From Piromyces finnis finn (lineage: Eukaryota > Fungi > Neocallimastigomycota), in assembly GCA_002104945.1 (NCBI GenBank), contig MCFH01000012.1:682001-746000 (forward strand): a stretch of 64,000 bases of DNA. Reading direction: 5' to 3'. Below, in pieces: positions 33,113-43,695 of the stretch. A program made the position numbers and the translations under genes. Position 1 is the first letter of the stretch; each line of letters begins with the position of its first letter. Below the pieces are notes generated by a model. The model was not told the origin of the DNA, made no database searches, and worked only from the letters and a program-made list of their open reading frames with translations.

Positions 33113-35486
33113 AAATAATAACGACTTTCAATTGGAAAACGGCGATGATTTTATAACTAGTCAAATTGAGGAAGCCTATTTTGATAATGTTGGTGTTTTT
33201 TTCCAAAAATTAGATAATATTAACAATAATAATAATGAAGATAATGATATTATTGATATATATAATACACATGTTATCAATGAAGAAGCATTAAGAAAAA
33301 TTAAAAATAAACTTAAAGATATAGTAAAGAATGAAAATATGAATAATGCTATAGATAATTTTGTTAATAATAATATTGGAAATTTAGATGATAGAAGAAA
33401 TAATATTAAAAATAAAATTTTATTTAATAATGACCAAATTAATAATTTATTAGCAAATTTAAATCTTGATGACAATAACGTAAAACAAAAAAATAAACTT
33501 AAACTCGAGTTACATAAATATTTCAGTACATGCTTAAAAACTAATTTAAATGAGAATGGAAAAAGGGTTACGGGAATTAAAGATGATGTTAACGGAATTA
33601 TTCAAAAGGTATTAGGTAATAATCAAATTGATACTGAAGTTATAACTGAATTTTGTGAAGGTATTGTAAGAAATAACGAAGAGTTTAATAATGAATTCAT
33701 TAGAATTGGTAATTATGATTTTGGAAATCTTAGTGAAAATATTATTAATAATATTAATAAATTCAATAAAAAACTTTCAAAAACGATGGCAGATATGTAT
33801 TCTAATACATATTAAAAATTACTCTCATCAAATGATGCAGATTTTATTAAAGTTGTAGATTACACTAATAATAATAATAATAATAATAATAGCGATAATG
33901 ATAACAACAATAATAGGAATAATAATCTCAACACTATTAATCTAGGTTCATATATCATTAATTCTTATTTATCTATGTATAATAGTATCAATTCATTGGA
34001 TGGTAATAATAATTCTGATTATATTGCAGAAAATTTAAAAAATAATATTAGTACAGATAGTGAAATTACAAGAGATGATGATAATATACAATTAAAGATT
34101 TTAAATGCATTTAAAGCTATTATGGGAGAAAACTATTATGATGGAATTAATAATCATTTAGCCAATAATAATAATAAATGTGACTATTCTTATTTAGTTA
34201 AACACAAGAAAAGAAGCATAAATAGCAAGGATTTAACAATAAGCCTTTATACGTTAAATGAAGAGGTTGGATCAGCTAATTCCTTATTGAAGCGTCAAGG
34301 AAATGCTAGATACATTAAAATTAATAAAAGAAATTCTGTTGACCGACATACTGAAAAATCAATATCTGATATTAATACAAAATCAGAAGACGAAAAGGTA
34401 GAAGATTCTTTTTCATTATTAGTAAATTCACTTAAAAATATAAAAACAGTTTCCAAAGATAGCAAGATCTTACCAGATGATGAATATGATGAAAACGAAC
34501 CGACATTCTTTTATAAAAATTCGGATTCCATGGATGACGTATTTGAAAATATAATGGATACGTTTGATGAATTATCTGGAAATTTCGATATCTTATCGAG
34601 CAAATCAGATATGGCGAAAATAATAAATGCTCAAAGGTATCTTAAGCAATACATTGATAGTGAAGAATCGCAAGCATTTAATAATAAGGAATATAACGGA
34701 GAAAAAATGGAAAGGATTAATAATTTAAAAAGCAGATATAACATGTTACACCGTAGATTTTCAGAATCAGACATGAGCAATGACATAAAAGAAAAATTTA
34801 ACAAATCGGTGAAGACGGCCAATTTCGTTGATTTAACTAACTCAAAGGAAAAGCAAGCAGGAAAGGAAATAGCAGTTATTTCCTCAATCAAGAATATGCT
34901 TGGAGAATCTGGTTTAACGCTAGAAACAGATGGGGAATACTTTAAACCGTTTATTGATTCTAGTTCGATTTCTGAAGGTTCCACCAACTATGTTGAAGCT
35001 ATTGATAAGCTATCAGAAAGACTTGACAAAGATGAAAATGCATATTTATTGACATTAGATACCGAAAATTTAATTAAAACAGCAAATCTACTTTATTCCG
35101 ACATTTTAGAAAGAAATGGTAATTCAGGTGATTATGCTGTTACCAAAGCCCTGAATAAATTGTACAAAAAACTATATAATATTGCATCAAAAAAAGAATA
35201 TCAAAATGGAAAGTCCTTTAGAACATTTGAATTTAAATAATGGTAGTAATGATGGTAGTGATAAATAGTGATGGTAGTGATATCACAAACGAAAGTACAC
35301 AACAAGATTATTCTAATTCAAAATTATCAATAAATAAATCTGAACCCGATGAGCTTTGTGACGAGTTTTTTGTATTTATTGATGATGAAGGAAATCCTAC
35401 TAATTATAAATATGCCAAAGATAATATGGATCTTATTTCGTTTAAATGGAGATTGATGATATAAATAATATTTTAGATTATGAATC
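33113..35486 (+). pseudogene. Block B (internal about 790 codons) of the scrambled gene
   Basis: There is no in-frame ATG at its left end. The 227-aa and 421-aa ORFs are the same frame separated by one TAA (33813-33815) and 53 open codons. It continues as ..TFELNNGSNDGSDNSDGSDITNES..DNMDLISFKMEIDDINNILDYES with small homopolymer indels at 35232-35234, 35263-35265 and 35444-35446. Confidence 0.65.
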
Positions 35487-36692
35487 ATGTTAATATCATA
35501 ATACGAATAATCTAAATCATATTTATTAGAAATTAAATTTTCTATATATTGGTCCAATTCAGATATTTCTAAAAACTTACTTTTTAACGCTAATTTGAAT
35601 TTAACTTGATTATAAGAATTTGCAATTTTATTATATATACAATATAATTTATTTAAATGTAATTTATCATCAATATCATATTTGAATATTCCATTAAAGT
35701 TTTTAATTTCTCTAGTTGTCAAAGAACCGTTTTTATTTAAAATATTTTTTGTTATATAGTTTAAATTATATACCATAAATCTACTATCAATTACATCTGT
35801 ACTATATTGGTAGTTTTTTTTTGTATCTTTATTTATTGTATCCATAGAATATTCATCTTCATCATATATTTTATTATAATTATTTCTTAATACCAAATCA
35901 TTAATAATAGAAATATACTTATTTATATCATCAGAATAATAATCACCATAATAAATGGTAAATTCTTTATTACTAATGATATCTTTTAAATCTTTAAAAT
36001 AGTCCATTAGTGATTTTCCATTTATAACATTTAATGAATCATCCAAATCAGTAATAATAAATTCGTATTCATTTGTAATTTCATACAATATTTCATCTGT
36101 AGTTTTTGTTAATAACCCCTTTTCATTAATTTCAAGAGGAAAAGTAGTATACTTTGATAATTTCATTAATTCATAAGATAATTGATTATCAGGATAATAA
36201 TTAGGGTAATAGGTAATATGTAGTTTATCATCTAAATTAATAGTAATATCATAATAAGTAGTAATATAGGACATGATTTCACTTTTGTTTGCAAATAATT
36301 TATTAAACATACGTACAATATTATTATAATCATCCACATTATCGGTATTATCAATATCAGTAGATATAGAGATAATGTTCTTGTGTAATTCTATAATCAT
36401 AAAAATCTTTTCCTTATCTAAAGTATATTTTAATTTTTTGTACTTTTCATCTGTACCATCTTTCTCATTTTTATTTTCATTAAAAATCAAATGCTTGATT
36501 TCTAACATAATATCAGAATAGACATTAAATAGAGATACTGCATTTTTGGACATCGAATTTAGTTCATTTAAATAATATACATTATCCGGATTTAAATTCT
36601 TTCAAAATATTAATATACTTTTCATAATCTACAGGAATGTCGTATCCACGTCCAATAGCAGAATATGCTGGATAATTAAGGACATCTTCATT
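35487..36692 (-). pseudogene. Block A (N-terminal about 401 codons after the signal peptide) of the scrambled gene, inverted
   Basis: The 408-aa ORF extends upstream as NEDVLNYPAYSAIGRGYDIPVDYEKYINILKE/LNPDNVYYLNELNSMSKN with one extra base at 36594-36596. Its last about 54 annotated codons (35327-35486) are only the antisense of block B. Confidence 0.65.
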
Positions 36693-36832
36693 TTTGGGTA
36701 TTGTTGTTGAACTACTAATTCAACGAGTAGCAGTAAAATTTACTCTTAATAAATTGTATTAATTACATACACTTTTATTATACTCATACCTTTCTTATTT
36801 TATTAAATCGAAAAAAAAGTATAGTCATGTCT
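36693..36832. repeat. 140-bp direct repeat, copy 1
   Basis: Matches 40032-40174 apart from one substitution, a 4-nt duplication and A8 vs A7. Confidence 0.92.
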
Positions 36833-37642
36833 TCCTTACACCAATACTAATATCGAAATAAAAAGAAAAAACATTTTCTCATTTTAATAGTTTTTAGCTA
36901 TTTTTTTTTTTTTAATAATTCATCATGCCTGCCTTGTTACACCAAATTTTTATTAATTCATTTGTCCACACCCGCCGAAATTTTTAATTAATACCTTGAC
37001 CATAAAAAAAAAAAGAATTTAACCATTAAAATTTAAATTTAAAAATATATATATATTCCATTTCTTTTCTTTCTTTTTTTTTTTTTATTTGTTTCTTCAA
37101 AACAATCAACAATTAAATACTAAACATTCATTAAACGTTAAATACTTTTTTTTTTATCATTATTTATAATTGTAATAAAGGTATTTTTTAAGAATGAGAT
37201 TTAATAAAAAAAAAAAAATTAGAAATTTCAAAATCATTAAAATTTTGTCAATCTTTATTATAATGTTATTGTTCAACAAAAAACAGAAATAAAATAATAT
37301 TATAGTGGTCACTAAATAAAAAAAAAACTTAATATTTATAATATAATATATTTTTATACTATTTATGATAATGTAACAATGTAGCAATAATTATAATTGC
37401 AATAATAAATAAAATTATCAATTTAAATTTAATTATTATATATCAAATTTGTAATTGACACTACTTTAATTATAGGATTGTTTCTCATTTTCTCAATTTT
37501 TTTTATATATAATAATGTCCTTTATATAATAATAAATATATATTTTGAATATCATTTATTAATAGAAACATGAAATTAAAAACTTTAATTTTATTTATAT
37601 ATATTTTTTTAATATATAAAAAAAAAAAAAAAAAGTAACAAA

Positions 37643-38073
37643 ATGTACGAATTACCAAGTGTTTGTAATGATAAACATGCACAAGTTGGTGCTGTTTTAG
37701 ATGAAAATTACCAAGGAAAGCTTTTTAAGCCAATTACCATAAAAAACATTACTATCAAAAATAGAATTTTTGTTGCTCCGATGTAATTTTATTTATAATA
37801 AAAATATATACTTTCATAAATAATTATTAAATCTTTTTGAAATTATTTTTATTTTTTTTTATAGGGATATGTATAGTGCCAAGGATGGTATTCCAAATTC
37901 TTTTCATTTAGTTCATTATGGTAATTTGGCTCAAAGAGGTGCTGGTTTAATTATGGTTGAAGCAACTTCTGTTCAAGAAGTTGGTCGTATATCACCATGT
38001 GATCTTGGTTTATGGAAAGATGAACAAGTAAATCATTACAAACCAATGCTCGACTATATTCATTTTAATGGTA

Positions 38074-38106
<33 letters not shown>

Positions 38107-39125
38107 GTAATGTATTAACAGTAGTAATAATAACAATAGTAATAGTAGTCGTCGAGAATGCATAATAAATAATTTTTTCCCCTTAAATATTTAAAGGTGC
38201 TTATGCTGGAGTTCAACTTGCTCATGGTGGTAGAAAAGTAAAATAAAATAAAATAAAATATGATAGAATAAAATAAAAAAAAAATAAGAAATATACATTC
38301 TCATATGCATATATAATTTATATTAAAAATTAAATCAAATATAAAAAAATAATATAGTCATCTGGTACTTGTCGTTTAATTAAGGGAAATAGTATGGCAA
38401 CTGCTGAAGAAAATGGTTGGCCAGATCAAATTGTAGCACCATCTCCTATTGCTTATGATGAAACATTTGCCGTACCAAAAGAACTTTCAAAAGAACAAAT
38501 TAAGCAAGTTGTCAAAGATTTTGGTGAAGCAGCCAGAAGAGCCAATGAAGCAGGTTTTGATGTTGTTGAGATTCATGCAGCTCATGGTTATTTAATTCAC
38601 GAATTCTTATCACCAATTACCAATAAGCGTATAGATGAATATGGAGGTTCATTTGAAAATCGTATTCGTATCTGTCTTGAGGTTATTGAAAGTGTAAAAG
38701 CACAATGGCCATCCGAAAAGCCAATATTTATTCGTTTTAGTTGTGAAGATTATGTAGAAGGTGGATGGAATCTTGAAGAAACTGCAAAATTATGTACTAT
38801 TGTCAAAAAGATGGGTATCGATTTAGTAGATTGTTCTTCTGGTGGACTTTCTGCTGAACAAAAAATTACTGCTTTAGTTCCAGGATATCAAGTTCCATTT
38901 GCTAAAGAAATTAAAAAACAAAATCCAGATTTAATTGTTAGTTCTGTTGGATTAATTACCAATGGTAAACAAGCAGAGGAAATATTAGAAAGTGGAGCAT
39001 CAGATGTTATTACTGTTGGTAGAGCATTTTTAAGAGATTCCTCCACCGTTTTAGTATGGGCTGATGATCTTGGTGTTGAAATTCAATGGCCAAGTCAATA
39101 TGTTCGTGGTAAATTACCTAAATAA
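37643..39125 (+). CDS. NADH:flavin oxidoreductase / Old Yellow Enzyme, YqjM(NamA)-like, 4 exons
   Basis: LFKPITIKNITIKNRIFVAPM/DMYSAKDG..HYGNLAQRGAGLIMVEATSV..GRISPCDLGLW, GVQLAHGGRK, GFDVVEIHAAHGYLIHEFLSPITNKRIDEYGGSFENR, PGYQVPFAKEIK, VGRAFLRD. Intact reading frame with three GT-AG introns. Confidence 0.93.
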
Positions 39126-39709
39126 AGAAAAAAAACTTTTTATTAAGTTTATATTTAAAAATTATCTTTTATTTTTTTTAAAAAAAAAAAAAAAGTATTA
39201 AAACATCATTAATTATTTATTATGAAAATAAATAAGTAATAGTAAATAGGAATAAGTAAGAATAAGTATAGTAATAATAATAATAAAAAGAAGAAGAAGA
39301 AGAAGAAGAAGAAGCAATAATATTAAATAATAAAAATAAATGTAAATGATAAAAATATAAAGAAAAATAATTAAAAAGTAATGCAATGTAATCTATTAAT
39401 GAAATAAAAATTTAAATATTTAATAAATATTTAATAAATAAATATTCTTATTTTTTCAGTTAAAAACATATATTGATAAAAGAATGTATTATTTTTATTT
39501 CTAAGATTTCAATTAATAATAAAAAAGAATTGATTTTTTTTTTTTTTTTATTTTTTAATAATCACTCTTTTTATATATATATAAAAGTTAATAATAGATA
39601 ATAATAATAATATAAAAAATAAATATTTATAGCAAATTATAACTACAATAATAAGTTATAAATATTAACATAAATAGTAATATAAAAAATGATTCATAAT
39701 AATAGTAAT

Positions 39710-39749
39710 AATGATAAACTTCCAACCTTTGACTTCATGTAAACTTTAC
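39710..39749 (+). repeat. 40-bp dispersed copy of an ataxin-10 exon/intron junction (source 19053-19092)
   Basis: aatgataaacttccaacctttgac[t/c]tcatgtaaactt[t/c]ac, 38/40 identical. Confidence 0.88.
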
Positions 39750-39768
39750 TTGATAAAAAATTAAAGTT

Positions 39769-40100
39769 TACGAAGGAACACCATTTATTGACGGTAATAG
39801 CGGAACTTCTAACCAAAATCATGCCTTTTGTTATTGGCCAACAATAGATAATGTTCAAAAGGTTTGAAGCAACAACAAAGAGCGTTAATGCTAAAAAAAC
39901 AATAAGACAGACCAGGATAGTCCGCGCAACCGATGAAGATCATAATTTTAATTTATGACAAAATTTTGAACTTTGACTCCGTATCCCATTGGAAGTCAAA
40001 TGCAATTATTATACTTATTTTAAGCTGTTAGTTTGGGTATTGTTGTTGAACTACTAATTCAACGAGTAGCAGTAAATTTTACTCTTAATAAATAAATTGT
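39769..40100 (+). pseudogene. Degenerate coding relic of unknown family, running into direct-repeat copy 2
   Basis: Locally GC-richer, with protein-like frames YEGTPFIDGNSGTSNQNHAFCYWPTIDNVQKV* and ..DEDHNFNL*QNFEL*LRIPLEVKCNYYTYF, then LGIVVELLIQRVAVNFTLNK*. Several stops and frameshifts; no family recognised. Confidence 0.35.
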
Positions 40101-40174
40101 ATTAATTACATACACTTTTATTATACTCATACCTTTCTTATTTTATTAAATCGAAAAAAAGTATAGTCATGTCT
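40032..40174. repeat. 143-bp direct repeat, copy 2
   Basis: See copy 1 at 36693-36832. Confidence 0.92.
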
Positions 40175-42897
40175 AATAGTGGCTTTCTTACTTTAACTAA
40201 AATGACTCGAATACATTATACCCAATTTTTATTCATTTGTGTTTAACATATTTTTTTAATTTTATTTTTTTTATAACATGTATTATTATAATTAATAAAG
40301 TTTAAAAACATTTAATGCCTTTTAAAAAAAAAAAGTACAATTTATTCTATAGTAAACAATACTTTTATAAATTTTATAATAAATGAATACAAGTAATTAT
40401 TTTCTTACTCTTATCCTTATATATAATAATATAATATGATAATCAACCTATTTACATTGGATTTTATTTAATAAGCATTGAAATATAAAAATTATTTTTC
40501 TTATAATATTTAATAAATAGTTATATTTCATAAAGCATAAAGCATACTATATTTAAGTAAAATTATATTTTATTTTTTGAGGTTTTAAGGTAAATAAATG
40601 AAAAAAAGAAATTAAGTCATAATATTTATTATTTATTAATATTACTTTATATTACATTAAAATTAGTAAATCTATGCAAGCAAGTAATCATAAAGAGAAT
40701 TGGTTTAAATAAAAGACTAATATAGCACTACCATTACATTTTCTAATAACGGTAACTCTTAATATAATGGAAATATATTTCCTTTATCCTTTATAAAATA
40801 ATATTTTATTTGTACATTATGCATTATTATTTCATAATCATTTATATATTCAATTAAAATAACATTATAGTTATAATTTTAAAATTTAAAAAAAAAAAAT
40901 AGTTTAATACTATTGATCTATTGATAATAAATAAAAGTAAATGTTTTTTTTATTTTCGTTTATTATATATTTGTATAAATAATACTTTTGTTTAAATTTG
41001 TGAAATAAACTTAATTAATAAAAAGAAATAGGTAGGTAGAAAGGTAGAGATAGAGTAAAAGGTTTTTTTTTTTTTTTTTACAAGTAAAATTATACATTAA
41101 AAAAGAATTCATTAATTAAAATTTTAATTTATTTTTAATTTATCTTATTTATATATTATAGTGTATTGTAATATACTTTTATTGATTTTTTTCCAAAAGA
41201 ATGTAACACCAACCATTTGAACGATTTTCAATTGAGAATATTAATAAATTCTTACCAGCATTCGCCAATAAATTTCATTTTATTTGGTATTCTACCCATC
41301 CACATGAAACCTAATCCTTTAAATAATTTAAAAAAAAGAATCCACAAAAATCTTTTTTTTATATATTAAAAAAGCTTATTTATATTAAATTAAATTAAAA
41401 ATTCGAAAATTAATATAAATAGATTTCTTTAAATTCTTTTATAAAAATCTAGGCAAACAAACAAACGCAACATGCTACTTTCACTTTTTTTTCTTTACCT
41501 ATTAAAAGAAGAAAAGGAATTCGTTTTTTTTATCATTATAGTAGTTAACAATTATAAAATAATCTATTATTTTAAAAGTTTAATAACTTACAATGTTAAA
41601 AAAACTATTATATGTTATATTATAAAAAAAACAATCCATATTGTATTATACAATTAAATTATATTATTAGTAACTAAATTTTTTATCAATGGAAGGTGCA
41701 TATTATTTGAAAAAATTCTTCCTATTCGTATTTATTATTAATTTATTCATATATTTAAAAATAGTAATGAAATTTTAATGGTTTTTAAATCTTTTATTTC
41801 ATCTAAATTGTTTCTGTGAGATTATTCGTTCTATATTTATGGAATGCCAGTTTTATTGTAATGCCAATTGATCCATAGAGTTACTATTAAGTCTGCTAAC
41901 TACGTTGCTGCTAACGTTGCTGCCTTGTTCTTTGTTCTTTTAACAATGAATTGTTATTATTGTTCATTGTAGATTTAATGAAATATTCATATATTGTAGT
42001 CTATTATTAATAAATAACAATTCAATTATATTTTTAATTTTAAATATATTTTTATAGATTTACCTTTTAAATCCAATTGATTATTGGAGGATATTGAAAT
42101 AGTTTTAATTAAATAAATATATGGAAATTTAATTAAATTAAATCTTCATAGTAATATAATATACTTGGAATAAATTAATAATATATAAATTATATTTAAA
42201 ATAGTATATTAATTAATATAAAATGTATTACTTTATTAAGAAATTTTTAAATTAAAATATTAAAAGAATTGAACAAAAATGATAATGTAATACAATTTCA
42301 ATTATATTGTATTATATATTATAATAAATAATAATATATGTAATAAATAATTAAATTAATAAATAATTCAAATTAATAAATATTATATTAATGAATAAAT
42401 CCATAGATTATTAAATAAATAATAAATAAGTAAATGAATTAAAATTTAAATAAATCATCAATATATTACTAGTAATTTATTTGTTTTATTCATTTATTTT
42501 ATATTCATGAATCTATTGATTTATTTAATTTATTAATTATACATTCATTTATTAAATTTATATTCATAAAATGTCATCCTAATTTTATTATTTATGGTTT
42601 AAAAAAAAAAAAGTCTTTTTTTTATTTTCTTAACTTTTTTTAAATTTAATGTTAATAAAAATTCAAAAGAATTATTTTAAAAATTAAAGATTTTATTTTA
42701 TTTTATAATAAAATAAAACATTTTTTTTTTAATTTGTAAATAATAATAAAAAAAAAATAAAAATAAAGAAAAGCAATTTATCCTTTTTTATTAATTTGAT
42801 ATAAAAAGAGTATTTTTATTTATCATTTTTTTATTCTTATATTTTACCATTGACTTTTCTCTATTTTTTTTTTTTTTTTATAAATTGAATTTTTTAT

Positions 42898-42930
<33 letters not shown>

Positions 42931-43695
42931 CAATTTATTATACAATATAAAACAAAAATAAAAAAAGAAGTAGAAGGATTAAGTAGGAAACCTAAAAATT
43001 TGATTTTCAGAAAAAATTTGAAAAAAAAAAAAGAAAGAAATTTATACATTTTTTTCGATTGTTTTTTAAATAATTTGACAATATCGGCACACAATATAAT
43101 CAATAAAAATAACTAATAATCGATTCTTTAAATTATTTAGTTTTACTTTTTTATTTTTTCAAAGCAAAAAAAAAAAAAAAAGAGGTAAACATATAGATAT
43201 AAATATATTTATTTAATATAAAGGAATAATAATAATAGTAATAGTTATAAATCTTAATAAAAATAATAAATTATTAACTATTAATGTGTACTAATTTTTT
43301 ATTTTTATATTATATATGAATTTTTATTCTATTATTTATCCTATTTTATTAAAAACAAAATAAAAAAAAAGATATAAAGAAGACAATATTCAATATTTAA
43401 TTTAATATATTGGAACAATTTAAAAGTAATATAAATATATCTATTGCGAAAGAAAGAAAAGTTATAGAACAACAATATATAAAGTTTAATTTACAATAAA
43501 TTAATATCTGTTAATATTTAATAAATAAATAATAATAGTTAAAGTAAGTTTGCTTTTATATCATTAAACATTAAATGAAATTATTGAAAATCAATTTTTT
43601 AAAATATATAAATTAACTTAAAAATATTAAATCCAAAAATAGAATAGAATTGTATCCATATCATAATAATAAATAATAAACAAAACAATATAAAA

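Noticed and set aside
35238-35242. TAATG stop/start overlap suggesting viral or prokaryotic translational coupling
   Set aside because: Both the stop and the ATG are by-products of two single-base insertions in a continuous NNGSNDGSDNSDGSD reading frame.
27926-36692. Giant-virus, Polinton or linear-plasmid insertion as the explanation of the whole island
   Set aside because: No capsid, packaging ATPase, DNA polymerase, integrase or terminal inverted repeats were found, and the largest gene has eukaryotic secretion signals. It remains possible only for the F-box-like pair.
36833-36882. Minus-strand MFFLFISILVLV*GRHDY as the signal peptide of block A
   Set aside because: It needs a stop, a frameshift and an unconvincing intron to connect. 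T-rich antisense easily gives F/L/I runs. The ATG at 32217 gives a better signal peptide and joins block A exactly in frame.
33110-40170. CATG at or near several junctions (35486, 36826, 39736, 40168) suggesting NlaIII/Pore-C chimeras
   Set aside because: Homologies extend past the CATG on both sides, and the 33110 and 32297 junctions lack it.
29372-41960. Stop-codon reassignment (TAA/TAG=Gln, TGA=Trp) or RIP-like C-to-T hypermutation
   Set aside because: There are too few in-frame stops, the genes end in normal TAA/TAG, and frameshifts coexist with the stops. Ordinary AT-biased decay is sufficient. A dinucleotide-context test on aligned homologs would be needed.
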